From positions 113,745-177,744 of the forward strand of contig JBGCFM010000062.1 in NCBI GenBank assembly GCA_045106895.1: a stretch of 64,000 bases of DNA, read 5' to 3'. Positions within the stretch are counted from its first letter, which is position 1. Every line of letters begins with the position of its first letter. A program made the translations under genes and the position numbers. Shown here in pieces: positions 28,381 through 38,420 of this stretch. Source of the DNA: Polyangiales bacterium. GTDB lineage: Bacteria > Myxococcota_A > Polyangia > Polyangiales > Houyiibacteriaceae. The notes under the pieces were generated by a model. It was not told the origin of the DNA. It saw nothing but the letters and a program-made list of their open reading frames with translations, and did no database searches.

Positions 28381-28466
28381 CCGTCCCGCGGCGGCCTCAA
28401 CGCGTAGGCGAGCGCACGGCAAAAACGAAGTTGACGTGCCACCTCCTCTCGGAGTCCCATGCGGGC

Positions 28467-29837
28467 ATGTTCAAGACCATTTCGCCCATCGACGGCTCTG
28501 TTCTCCTCGAACGTGAGTTTGCCAGTGACCAAGACATCGACGCAGCCCTCGACGCTGCGGGCAAGAGCGAGTGGCGTGGCCTCGCCCTCGATGCGCGGAT
28601 TGAAGCCGTCTCGAAAATGGTCGACGCCGTGGTCGGAAAGAAGGACGAGCTCGCCAAAGAGCTCACCGAACAGATGGGCCGACCCATTCGCTTCGCGCCG
28701 GGAGAAATCGGCGGCTTCGAAGATCGCGCACGCCGAATGATCGAGCTCGCACCAGAGTCCCTCGCCGCGATTCACCCGCCCGAGAAAGACGGCTTCCGGC
28801 GATTTGTCACGCGCGAAGCCCTTGGAACGGTGCTGGTGCTCTCGCCGTGGAACTACCCTTGGCTCACCAGCGTAAACGCGTTCGTGCCAGCGCTGCTGGC
28901 GGGCAATACCGTCGTCCTCAAGCACAGCGAGCAAACCCCTCTCGTCGCGGAACGACTTCAGGAGGCGGCGCAAGCGGCGGGCCTCCCGGCTGGTGCGTTC
29001 CAATTCGTTCACGCGGACAACGACCAGATCGCCAAGGTCGTCGGCGACGAGCGAATCGCCCACGTGTGTTTCACAGGCTCCGTCGAAGGCGGTCGTGCGG
29101 TTCACAAAGCCGCCGCGTCGCGCTTCGTCGCGATGGGTCTGGAGCTGGGGGGCAAAGACCCTGCGTACGTACGCGAAGATGCAGATTTCGATTTCGCCGT
29201 TGAGAACCTCGTCGATGGGTCCTTCTTCAATTCGGGTCAGAGCTGCTGCGGCGTAGAGCGCATCTACGTTCACCAGTCCCACTACGAGCGCTTCCTCGAA
29301 GCCTTTGTCGCAAAGTCCAAGGAGTACGTTCTCGGCGACCCGCGGGACGAGAATACAACGCTTGGTCCCGTCGTCCGCGAACGCAACGCACTCGCGATTC
29401 AGGCGCAGATCGACGCCGCCGTTCACGACGGCGCTAAAGCACACATCGAAGCGCCCTTCGCCGGGAGTGAACGCGGCGCGTCCTACCTAGGTCCTCAGGT
29501 CCTCTCGGGTCTCACGCACAAGATGACGATCATGCAGGAGGAGACCTTTGGTCCCGTCGCTTGCATCATGCCGGTGGCGGACGACGCCGAAGCCGTAGCG
29601 CTGATGAACGATAGCCGGTTCGGGCTCACGGCCTCCGTCTGGTCCGCCGATCTCGACCGAGTCGCGGCCCTCGGCGTCCAGCTTGAGACCGGAACCGTCT
29701 TCGCGAACCGATGCGACGCCCTCGACCCCGATCTCCCGTGGGTCGGCGTGAAAGACTCTGGCCGTGGCGCAACTCTGGGTCGCGTCGGCTTTGAACATCT
29801 GACTCGCGCGAAGTCCTTTCACCTTCGTGAACGCTAG
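28467..29837 (+). CDS. Aldehyde dehydrogenase
   Basis: PWNYP, FTGS, LELGGKDP, NSGQSCC, EETFGP. Confidence 0.93.
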   Translation: MFKTISPIDGSVLLEREFASDQDIDAALDAAGKSEWRGLALDARIEAVSKMVDAVVGKKDELAKELTEQMGRPIRFAPGEIGGFEDRARRMIELAPESLAAIHPPEKDGFRRFVTREALGTVLVLSPWNYPWLTSVNAFVPALLAGNTVVLKHSEQTPLVAERLQEAAQAAGLPAGAFQFVHADNDQIAKVVGDERIAHVCFTGSVEGGRAVHKAAASRFVAMGLELGGKDPAYVREDADFDFAVENLVDGSFFNSGQSCCGVERIYVHQSHYERFLEAFVAKSKEYVLGDPRDENTTLGPVVRERNALAIQAQIDAAVHDGAKAHIEAPFAGSERGASYLGPQVLSGLTHKMTIMQEETFGPVACIMPVADDAEAVALMNDSRFGLTASVWSADLDRVAALGVQLETGTVFANRCDALDPDLPWVGVKDSGRGATLGRVGFEHLTRAKSFHLRER

Positions 29838-29997
29838 TGTGCGATTCAGAAAGGTTGCGGGGGAAGGCGAAGTCAGCGCTGTTCAGACCAAGGCACGAGG
29901 AGGAGGAATATCTGGATATTTCGACGACGAGAAACGCAGGGCTGAGCAGCGCTGGCGAGAAAGCCCCCTCAAGATTTTTGAATCGCATACGAGCTTA

Positions 29998-30657
29998 ATG
30001 CAGGCCGTCTGCGCTGCGTTGATGGTGCTCGCACTCAGCGCAGGCGCCGCGGCTCAAGGGCCGCGCGTCGCGGACGCGGCGAGCGAAATCGACACGCCGG
30101 CATCGCTCGGCGACGAGAGCAGCGACGCTCGCTGGACGCCACTTCGAGAGCTTCGACTCGAGCATCACGCGCATCGACGCACCGACGGATGGCTGCTCAC
30201 CGGATGGGGCGTCGTTAGCGCGGTGGGTGGCCTGGTGATGTCTATCGCTGGCAGAGACGATCCGTTTTGGCTCAGCCAAGGTCTCACCACCCTCTCCTTC
30301 GCGGCCTTCAACATCCCGTTGGGCATTGGTCTCCTCGATGTAAGCGGCTCGCGCCTGCAGGACATCCAGAGCGACCGCTATGGCGAGCTTCTGGTCTACG
30401 ACGAGGTCTTGGAGGCCGCGATCTCCGCTCAACGCTCGAAGCGGATCAGCCTCGCCGTCAACGGCGCGTTGGATGTCTTGTACATGGTCGGCGGGGCGCT
30501 CCTCGTTGGCCTCGCGAGCCGCACCAGCTCCCCAAACACCGCCGCCGGCGCTGGGTGGGCCATGATCGGCCAAGGCGTCGTTCTCCTCGGCTTCGACATC
30601 TACGGAGTCATCGTTTCTTCTCGAAATATGGCCCAGTTACGACAGCTTCGAAATTAA
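29998..30657 (+). CDS. Hypothetical exported/membrane protein
   Basis: Signal peptide ending GAAA-Q; about 4 TM segments; NGALDVLYM...GQG..LLGFD motif. Confidence 0.65.
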   Translation: MQAVCAALMVLALSAGAAAQGPRVADAASEIDTPASLGDESSDARWTPLRELRLEHHAHRRTDGWLLTGWGVVSAVGGLVMSIAGRDDPFWLSQGLTTLSFAAFNIPLGIGLLDVSGSRLQDIQSDRYGELLVYDEVLEAAISAQRSKRISLAVNGALDVLYMVGGALLVGLASRTSSPNTAAGAGWAMIGQGVVLLGFDIYGVIVSSRNMAQLRQLRN

Positions 30658-30740
30658 AGCCGGCTCGATTGGAAATCCGCAGACGCCACGACGACAGCTG
30701 AGTAAGGGCCCGAGGCCCCGTCACCTTTGCTGGAGAATTT

Positions 30741-32249
30741 ATGCGTCGTCTATCCACTTTTGTCGCCTTCGGACTCGCCCTTGGGTCCGCCTGCACCACC
30801 TCAACGCCCGTCGTGGAGCCCGAGGTTATGGAACGTCCGGTCAGTGAACTCGGTGTCGCCGGCGACTTCGCGGAACAACTCGTCGGACCCGAAGGCGCCG
30901 AGATTCAACTTGGGGAGGCGACGCTTCGAGTCCCCGCGGGTGCCCTTCGCGACGAGACCATGGTGCGCATCACCATCGAAGACGCGGACATCCCCCAGGG
31001 CTTCCGCGCCTACTCACCGGTGTACCGAATCGAACCCGCTCTGAGCGCATCGGCCCTCGACCTTCCCCACGTTGGCGACGACAACATCGTGACGCTCTTC
31101 TGGGCGCAGCAAGACGGCGGATTCGCGGCAAGCCAAAGCGAAGCCGCGGATGGACGAGTCAGCGCATCCCTCACCAGCGTCAGCCGCGCCTTCGTCGGTG
31201 TCGCCTGTGAGGGTGACGAGTGCTGCCGACGCGCCACGAGCGCCCTCGACGTGCTTCTTCTCTTGGACAACTCGGGCTCCATGGCTGAGGAGCAGGCGAC
31301 CCTCGCGGCGGCACTTCCAGCGTTGGTCGAAGCCCTTGTCACCGGCGATGCCGACGGCGACGGCGTTCAAGACTTCCCCGTCATCGACTCGCTTCAGCTC
31401 GGCTCCATCTCATCCGACATCGGAACCGGCGGCTTCACGATTCCTACCTGCAACGAGCCGAACTTCGGCGACGACGGCATCCTCCTCCAGCACGGCGTCG
31501 GCGCCGGCTGCGACCCGAGCTACCCAGCGATTCAGAGCTTCGACGGTGGCGACCCAAGTGCCTTCGCGAGCTCCGTTCAGTGCGTCGCGATGACCGGCAC
31601 GCAGGGCTGCGGGTTCGAGCAGAGCCTCGACGCCATGCTCAAGGCGGTGGCGCCAAGCACACACGCCTCTCCCGCAGGTAGCCTGACTCGTTTCGTCAAC
31701 GGCTCCGTGGGTCACGGCGACGGCGCCAACTCAGGGCTTGTCCGCGAACACGCCACCCTCGCGCTCATCAACCTCAGCGACGAAGACGACTGCTCCGCCT
31801 TGGACCCCGACATCTTCAACCGCGACAGCGCAACCTACACAGACCCGGACCTCAACCTTCGATGCTCGAGGTACTCGGAAACCGCCCTTCACCCCACCTC
31901 GCGCTACTCCGACGGCTTCCTCGCCCTCAAGGCCGACCCGAGTCAGCTCGTCTACGCCGCCATCGCCGGCATCCCCACAGGAATGGGTGGCGCGACGAAC
32001 GCAGAGATTCTCGCCGACCCACGTATGGTCGAAGCCGCGGACCCAGCCATGCCTAGTCAGCTCACGCCCGTTTGTGAAAGCGAAGCGGGCTACGCGTACC
32101 CGGCTCGACGCATCGTGGAGGTCGCCGAGCAGCTCGACGCGGCGGGCGCCTTCACCGTCGCGTCGTCCATCTGCGACTCAGACTTTCAGGCTGCCGCCGC
32201 TGCCATCTTGGCATCCCTGGCGTCGAGCGCCTCCGGCTCCTGCGAGTAG
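30741..32249 (+). CDS. Lipoprotein with ZU5-like N-domain and myxobacterial Cys-rich vWA domain
   Basis: Lipobox GSAC; GPEGAEIQLGEATLRVPAGAL (ZU5-like); MIDAS DNSGSM; GCGFEQ; SDEDDCS. Confidence 0.8.
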   Translation: MRRLSTFVAFGLALGSACTTSTPVVEPEVMERPVSELGVAGDFAEQLVGPEGAEIQLGEATLRVPAGALRDETMVRITIEDADIPQGFRAYSPVYRIEPALSASALDLPHVGDDNIVTLFWAQQDGGFAASQSEAADGRVSASLTSVSRAFVGVACEGDECCRRATSALDVLLLLDNSGSMAEEQATLAAALPALVEALVTGDADGDGVQDFPVIDSLQLGSISSDIGTGGFTIPTCNEPNFGDDGILLQHGVGAGCDPSYPAIQSFDGGDPSAFASSVQCVAMTGTQGCGFEQSLDAMLKAVAPSTHASPAGSLTRFVNGSVGHGDGANSGLVREHATLALINLSDEDDCSALDPDIFNRDSATYTDPDLNLRCSRYSETALHPTSRYSDGFLALKADPSQLVYAAIAGIPTGMGGATNAEILADPRMVEAADPAMPSQLTPVCESEAGYAYPARRIVEVAEQLDAAGAFTVASSICDSDFQAAAAAILASLASSASGSCE

Positions 32250-32271
32250 TCGCCTCCACCATTCGTTCCTC

Positions 32272-32309
32272 AAAGAACGGCTCGCACATCGCGGGCCGTT
32301 CTTTTTTTT
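32272..32309 (+). terminator. Intrinsic terminator
   Basis: AAAGAACGGCTCGC-acatc-GCGGGCCGTTCTTT followed by a T run. Confidence 0.85.
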
Positions 32310-32397
32310 GCAGTCTTCGCGAGCGAGGTCTCCGCAATTGGACGCGCCGCGCTTTTTGCGGTGACGATGGCGACAAAGGGCCCTATGAAGCGCGCGA

Positions 32398-33173
32398 TGA
32401 GTACGCCGGCCCTTCGATGCAAGAACGTCGTCAAACGCTACGGCGAGTTCACCGCCGTGAGCCACGTCGACCTTGAGGTTCGAGCCGGCGAGATCTTTGC
32501 GCTCCTCGGCCCAAACGGCGCCGGTAAGACGACCCTCATCGCGTGTATCACCGGGCTCGCGCGGGCGACGGAAGGCAGCATCGAAGTCTTCGGCCACGAC
32601 GTGGTCAGCGACTACCGGGCGGCGCGACAGCTCGTCGGCCTCGTGCCCCAAGAGATCAACTTCGATCCCTTCTTCACGCCCGTCGAGTCCCTCATGATTC
32701 AGTCCGGGCTCATGGGCGTTGAGCCCGATGAGAAGAGAGCGCTGCAGCTCTTGCGAACCTTCGCCCTCGAAGACCACAAAGACGCCTACACGCGCCAGCT
32801 CTCCGGCGGAATGAAGCGACGTCTCTTGGTCGCCAAAGCACTCGTTCATCAACCGAAGCTGCTCTTCTTGGACGAACCCACCGCCGGCGTCGACGTCGAG
32901 CTGCGCAAGGAGCTGTGGACGGAGGTGCGCCGCCTCCGCGACGCCGGGACGACCATTGTCCTGACAACGCACTATCTCGAAGAAGCCGAAGAGCTCGCAG
33001 ACCGCATCGGCATCTTACGGAAGGGCGAACTCATCGTCGTCGAAGACCGCGACACAATGATGGCGCGAGGCGCCGGCGCGAAAAACCTAGAAGAGATCTA
33101 CGTCGACTTGATTCGCGGAGATGACCCCAGTTCCGCCGAGGATATGAACCAGGGCGAGGGAGCTTCCTCGTGA
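32398..33173 (+). CDS. ABC-2 exporter ATP-binding protein (YadG-like)
   Basis: GPNGAGKTT, LSGGMKRR, LDEPTAGVD, TTHY. Confidence 0.93.
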
Positions 33174-33931
33174 ACATGATCTCCCTCAAGACCCTCTTCC
33201 TCAAAGAGGTTCGGCGTTTCTCAAAGGTCTGGATGCAGACCGTATTCAGCCCCCTCATTACGACGAGCCTCTACTTCCTGGTCTTTGGAGTCGCCCTCGG
33301 CTCGCGCCTCCGGGAGATCAACGGCGTCCCTTATATCGAGTTCGTGGTGCCAGGCCTCGTGATGCTAGGCATCATCAGCAATTCCTTCCTGAACTGCTCG
33401 TCGAGCCTTTTTCAGTCCAAGATCAACGGCACCATCGTGGACGTTCTCGTCGCGCCGATGGGCGGCCGAGAGATGCTCGTGGGCTACGTCAGCGCCGCCA
33501 TGCTCCGCGCCACCATTGTGGGCACTTTGGTGTACCTCGTCGCGAGCCTCTTCACGGGCTTCAAGATGGCCCATCCCGGCTGGGTTGTGTTCTTCGGGTT
33601 CAGCGTCAGTGGATGCTTCGCCTGCCTCGGCCTCATCGCCGCGCTCTGGTCAGAAAAATTCGACCACCTGAGCATCTTCCCCAACTTTGTCCTGACTCCG
33701 CTCACGTTCCTCGGCGGCGTCTTTTACTCCGTCGACATGCTCCCGGCTCCTTGGGATCTCGTCAGCCGCGCCAACCCCATTCTCTACATGGTCAATGGTC
33801 TGCGCTACGGACTCCTTGGAGTCTCCGATGTCCCCGTGCTTCACGCCGCCGCGTTTGTCGGCTCGCTGGTCATCATTCTCTTCTTCATTTGCGAGCGTTT
33901 GCTCTCAAGCGGCTGGAAGCTCCGCAAGTAG
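33170..33931 (+). CDS. ABC-2 exporter permease (YadH-like)
   Basis: KEVRRF, YIEFVVPGL, PLTFLGGVFYS, NPILYMVNGLRYG; GTGA overlap. Confidence 0.92.
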   Translation: MNMISLKTLFLKEVRRFSKVWMQTVFSPLITTSLYFLVFGVALGSRLREINGVPYIEFVVPGLVMLGIISNSFLNCSSSLFQSKINGTIVDVLVAPMGGREMLVGYVSAAMLRATIVGTLVYLVASLFTGFKMAHPGWVVFFGFSVSGCFACLGLIAALWSEKFDHLSIFPNFVLTPLTFLGGVFYSVDMLPAPWDLVSRANPILYMVNGLRYGLLGVSDVPVLHAAAFVGSLVIILFFICERLLSSGWKLRK

Positions 33932-33986
33932 CGGAGGTCGCTCAAGAAGACCCAGGGCTTCATCTCAGTAGCCCTGAGAGGAAGCA

Positions 33987-35582
33987 CTAAAAGAAGTAGG
34001 CCGCGATAGCTGCGATCACCAGAATCACTCCGCCGATCATGAGCCCGAAACCGAGCCGCGTCGCCGAATCGGTGGCCGCCGGCACAGCAAGGGCTGGCTG
34101 AGTGTCGTCCTGCGGATCGGAGTCCGAGGGCGCGTCTGAATCGGACTTTGGTGGCCCAGGCGGCGGGTCCGAAGGCACCGCAAAGCTGCCTGTCCACTGG
34201 CTCTCAACCTCGTGACTGGCGTGATGCAAGAGCCCACGCCCAAACGTCGCGACGCTGGAGTATCGGTCGTCCGGGTCTCTCTCGATGGCTCGCTGAATGA
34301 CCTGAGCAAGCTCCGGCGACACGTCCGCGATCTGGTCGAGGCGAGGCAGCTTCTTCTCAGAGATCTGCTGAATCAGGTCGATGTAGGAGTCCGCACGGAA
34401 CGCTCGCTCGCCCAGGATGATCTCGTAGAGCATGACACCGAGCGCGTATTGGTCCGCGCCCGTTCCAGCGCTGACGCTTCCGAGGAGGACCTCGGGCGCC
34501 ATGTACTCCGGCGTCCCAAAGAGTGACTCACCTCGCTGCGCCAACGTCTCTTCGTCCTTCGGCTTCGCGATGCCGAAATCCAGCACGGTGGGGTGAGGTC
34601 GAATACCGACGGAACGCCCGATGATAATGTTCGGGGGCTTCAGGTCTCTGTGCACCACGCCACATCGGTGACCTTCGGCGACGGCGCTCACGATCGGCAC
34701 GAGCAAGTCGACGGCGCTCTGAGCGTCCATCGCGCCCTCGCGCTTCATGTGCTCGTGGAGCGTCTCCCCTTCAACAAACTCCATCACGATGTAGGGGAGA
34801 CGTCGAACGATGATGCGGGTGCCGCCGATAGACTGATCGACGTCGAAGCCGGCACCGTCCGCCGTCTCCATCCACCCCTCGCTGATGGGCTGCACGGTGG
34901 CTTTGAGCGTCCCGTAGTCGATGAGGCGCACGATATGCGGGTGGTTTAGTTTCCCGATGGTCTGCATCTCGCGCTCAAAGCGCTGACGCTCCACATCGTC
35001 GTTGTCCGACGCGCGGTGGGTGTGAAGGATCTTAACGGCCACGCGCTGCCCTGTGGAGAGCTGCTTTGCTTCGTAGACGATGGCGAAGGCACCCTCACCG
35101 AGTGTACGGACGATCTCGTAGCGCCCGTCCAAGACCTGCCCCGGGGCGACTCGCCCATCCGCAGGAATGCTGGTCGCCGCCGCGGGAATGGACGGCGCTT
35201 GCTTCCGCGTCTGCAGGTGGTTCTCGATGCGCGCGACGACGACTGGAAAGTCGATGGGCTTGGTGACGTAGTCGTTGGCGCCTAGGCGAAGCGCCTCGAC
35301 GACATCCTCGCTGCTGGTCTTCGCCGTCGCCATGAGGATAGGCAGCTCGGCGCGCGGGTAGGTCTTTCGAACCTGTTCGAGCACCTCGAGGCCGCTCATC
35401 CCCGGCATCATCACGTCGAGGAGCACCAAATCGAAGGGCGTGGAGTCGATGAGGGCAATGGCCGTCTCTCCACAGTCCGCCGTCTTCACGTCGAAGCCGC
35501 GCCGCTCGAGCCTTCGAGCGAGCATATCTCGGTTGTCCTCGTTGTCGTCGACGACGAGTAGTCGCGCGCTAACTTCGCTCAT
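33987..35582 (-). CDS. Receiver domain-Ser/Thr (Hanks) kinase fusion with C-terminal TM anchor
   Basis: REC: VVDD, LLDVMMP, TKP. Kinase: GEGAFAIV, VAVK, HRDLKPPN, DFG, APE. Hydrophobic C-terminus. Confidence 0.92.
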   Translation of the reverse strand: MSEVSARLLVVDDNEDNRDMLARRLERRGFDVKTADCGETAIALIDSTPFDLVLLDVMMPGMSGLEVLEQVRKTYPRAELPILMATAKTSSEDVVEALRLGANDYVTKPIDFPVVVARIENHLQTRKQAPSIPAAATSIPADGRVAPGQVLDGRYEIVRTLGEGAFAIVYEAKQLSTGQRVAVKILHTHRASDNDDVERQRFEREMQTIGKLNHPHIVRLIDYGTLKATVQPISEGWMETADGAGFDVDQSIGGTRIIVRRLPYIVMEFVEGETLHEHMKREGAMDAQSAVDLLVPIVSAVAEGHRCGVVHRDLKPPNIIIGRSVGIRPHPTVLDFGIAKPKDEETLAQRGESLFGTPEYMAPEVLLGSVSAGTGADQYALGVMLYEIILGERAFRADSYIDLIQQISEKKLPRLDQIADVSPELAQVIQRAIERDPDDRYSSVATFGRGLLHHASHEVESQWTGSFAVPSDPPPGPPKSDSDAPSDSDPQDDTQPALAVPAATDSATRLGFGLMIGGVILVIAAIAAYFF

Positions 35583-35626
35583 GAGCCCCTGGTCATACTA
35601 CTCAAGGCCGCGCTCCCGCGAAAGCC

Positions 35627-36001
35627 CTAGCTTTCAGCGTTTCCTGCGGCGAGCGTTTCGATCTTTGAAAGGAGACTCTTGAGGTCGATGGGCTTCGTCC
35701 CGTATTCGTCACATCCAGCCGCCAAGGCCTTCTCGCGGTCCCCGCTCATCGCGTGCGCCGTGAGCGCGATGATCGGAATATGACTCATCGCAGGGTCTCC
35801 TTTGAGCCGCCGCGTCGCCTCCCACCCGTCAATCTTTGGGAGGCTCATATCCATCAGGATGACGGCGGGCATTTCCTTCTTTGCGATGGCGATACCCTCC
35901 TCACCATCGACGGCTTCCAAGACCTCGTACCCCCGCCTACGTAGACGGCGCGAGAGCATGTCTCGGTTGAGCTCGTTGTCTTCGACCAGCAAGATTCTCA
36001 T
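35627..36001 (-). CDS. Single-domain response regulator (DivK/CheY-like)
   Basis: MRILLVEDNELNRDML, LMDMSLP, ALTAHAM, TKP. Confidence 0.93.
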   Translation of the reverse strand: MRILLVEDNELNRDMLSRRLRRRGYEVLEAVDGEEGIAIAKKEMPAVILMDMSLPKIDGWEATRRLKGDPAMSHIPIIALTAHAMSGDREKALAAGCDEYGTKPIDLKSLLSKIETLAAGNAES

Positions 36002-36127
36002 GGGGTTCCTGGAGCGGAGAGGAGCACGGATGCTCGCTCTGTGGCGACAGTCTAGCGTCGCCAGGCCCATAGACTCCCTCGAATCCCTCGCAGGGCGCAA
36101 TAAAACGTGCGAATCTCCCGCTTCGCG

Positions 36128-38119
36128 ATGGCCTCACTGCTCCCGAAGACGCTGCTTTCCCGCCTCGTCGTCGTCACAAGCCTGGCGCTCATTGTGGCGA
36201 TGGGCGTGCTCCTCCAGCAGAGCAGTCGCAGAATCTCGGCCTCCATCGAACGCGGGGAGCGTGCTCGGCTAGAAGCCATCGCCTCGACGCTAGCACTCGC
36301 CATCGACGGTGACGTTCACGAGCGCATCGTGCGTAGCGTCCCGGACCGGATCGACCGCTGGAACCAGGCCCCCGTCGACCTAAAACGACTTCAAGAGCAG
36401 CTAGCGGCGGTTCGTCAGCGAAATGGCCTGACCACCGCCATCGAGACGATCATCGTCGGCGACACGTCGCGCGTACGGGCCGTGCCCGACCAAACCTGGC
36501 CGGGTGCTATGTTGGTCATCGGGTCCAGTCGCTCGAGCCCCACCTTTCGCAGCGCGACGTCCTACCGCCCGGCGATGGCCGAAGCGCTGACGGGCAAGGC
36601 CTCGGTCACCGAGCCTTACGCCAACCCCTACGGCACCTGGCTCGCCGCCTACGCTCCGATCACCACTCGCTCGGGCCAGGTCGTGGGCCTCCTCAAGGTC
36701 GACACCTCCCTGGACCTGCTCCTCGATGCCGCCACCGATCGGACCCGGCAGCTCGCGTTCTTCTGCCTCCTCCTCCTCGTCGTGACGCTCAGCGCGATGG
36801 TCCTCGCCGTCGCTCAGGTGACACGCACCCTCTCCCAGCTTGGCACCTCGGCCGGCGGATTCGGTGCCGGCGACTTCGACAGCCCGATCACCGTGAGTCC
36901 GTCGTCCGCAGAAGAGGTCCGTCTGCTCGCCCGGGCTCTAGAGGGCGCGCGGCGTCAGCTGGCGCTCCACCTCAAGGAACGTGCGCGCGCCGCAGAGGAG
37001 CTCACGTTGGCTCGCGATCGGGCGGAAGACGCGGCTCAGGTGAAGTCCCAGTTCCTCGCCAACATGAGCCATGAGCTGCGCACGCCGATGAACGCCATCA
37101 TCGGCTACAGCGAGATTCTCATCGAAGAAACCGAAGAGTTCGTCGAGCAAACCCCGGAGATCGCGGCGCTTTTGAACGACCTTCGGAAAATACGTCGTGC
37201 GGGCCGACAGCTCCTGGCCTTGGTGAACGACGTTCTCGACCTCTCGAAGGTGGAAGCCGGGAAGATGAGCGTATTCGCGGAACGCTTCGCCTTGAATGAG
37301 CTCTTCGTGGAGCTTCAAGAACTCATGTCCCCAATACTCGAGGAGAATGAGCTGCTGCTCTCGTGCAAGGAGGAGCTCGTGATGAGCGCGGACCGGAACC
37401 GCGTGCGCCAGATCTTGCTGAATCTCTTGGGCAACGCGGCGAAGTTCACGGAGAAGGGCAAGATCACTCTCAGCGCGGATCTCGACGGTGACACATTGGT
37501 TTTCAAGGTCACCGATACAGGTATCGGAATGAGCGCCTCGCAATGCGCGCAGCTCTTCCAGCCTTTTACCCAAGTGGACACATCCTCAACGCGACGCTAC
37601 GGCGGAACGGGGCTTGGTCTGGCCTTGTGCAAGGAGTTCACGGAGCTCCTCGGCGGCACCATCAGTGTGACGAGCGAAGTTGGCGTCGGCTCGGTCTTCC
37701 GCGTTGTCTTGCCTCTCGGAATCGCTGCGCCTCGTATCTCCGACACAACGGCGATGGCCAAATCCGTGTGGCTCTTTTACATGGACGCGCCGACGACGGA
37801 ACTCGTCGACCGTGGCCTCGCCTCACCCGGGCTGCGCATCGTCGACGGACTCAACAGCATCGCCGAGGAAAAGGGTCCCGATGTGCTTCTCATCGACCTG
37901 GATGCAGGCGAGACCGCTGACTGGTCGCGCTTGAGCGACGCCAGCGAAGAGCACCCCTCGGCGGAGCGAATCGTGTTTTCAGAGGGCGATGTCCGCGCCG
38001 CGGCCAAAGCCGCCCAGGTTCACTTTATCCGTAAACCTGTCGACTTGGAGCGGCTACGTACTTTGATCGCGGATCTCACAGAGCCTTCCATCGAAGCCCC
38101 GAAGACCGGCCTCAACTAG
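36128..38119 (+). CDS. Membrane sensor histidine kinase (periplasmic sensor, HAMP, HisKA, HATPase, degenerate C-terminal receiver)
   Basis: Two TMs; MSHELRTPMN; NLLGNAAKFT; DTGIG; GGTGLGL; C-terminal LLIDLD...RKP. Confidence 0.92.
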   Translation: MASLLPKTLLSRLVVVTSLALIVAMGVLLQQSSRRISASIERGERARLEAIASTLALAIDGDVHERIVRSVPDRIDRWNQAPVDLKRLQEQLAAVRQRNGLTTAIETIIVGDTSRVRAVPDQTWPGAMLVIGSSRSSPTFRSATSYRPAMAEALTGKASVTEPYANPYGTWLAAYAPITTRSGQVVGLLKVDTSLDLLLDAATDRTRQLAFFCLLLLVVTLSAMVLAVAQVTRTLSQLGTSAGGFGAGDFDSPITVSPSSAEEVRLLARALEGARRQLALHLKERARAAEELTLARDRAEDAAQVKSQFLANMSHELRTPMNAIIGYSEILIEETEEFVEQTPEIAALLNDLRKIRRAGRQLLALVNDVLDLSKVEAGKMSVFAERFALNELFVELQELMSPILEENELLLSCKEELVMSADRNRVRQILLNLLGNAAKFTEKGKITLSADLDGDTLVFKVTDTGIGMSASQCAQLFQPFTQVDTSSTRRYGGTGLGLALCKEFTELLGGTISVTSEVGVGSVFRVVLPLGIAAPRISDTTAMAKSVWLFYMDAPTTELVDRGLASPGLRIVDGLNSIAEEKGPDVLLIDLDAGETADWSRLSDASEEHPSAERIVFSEGDVRAAAKAAQVHFIRKPVDLERLRTLIADLTEPSIEAPKTGLN

Positions 38120-38418
38120 TTGACGCGGATGGTCGCGCTACCACGTGGCGCGGCCCGACGACGATTGCGCCGGCGCGTCGTGCGACGACGGGGAGCGGCG
38201 CGACGTCGAGCGGGGCGCCGACGAGCGCGACGGGCCGGCTGACGGCGTCCACCGCGGACAACAACGCCACGGCGACGGGGGCGTCGTGGGCCTTGCGCGC
38301 GGACGATGCACCCGCTGCCGAAGAAGGCCATAAACGCCATCGCGAGCATGGCGAAGAACGAACGGCGGCTACCGCTCGCTGACTCAAGAGAGTCGATCGA
38401 ATCGTTTTCGTTGTTCAC
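38116..38418 (-). CDS. Small Arg-rich Tat lipoprotein
   Basis: SRRSFF Tat motif, h-region, GSGC lipobox; 28 Arg and no acidic residues in the 63 residues after Cys; promoter directly upstream. Confidence 0.6.
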   Translation of the reverse strand: MNNENDSIDSLESASGSRRSFFAMLAMAFMAFFGSGCIVRAQGPRRPRRRGVVVRGGRRQPARRARRRPARRRAAPRRRTTRRRNRRRAAPRGSATIRVN

Positions 38419-38420
38419 GT

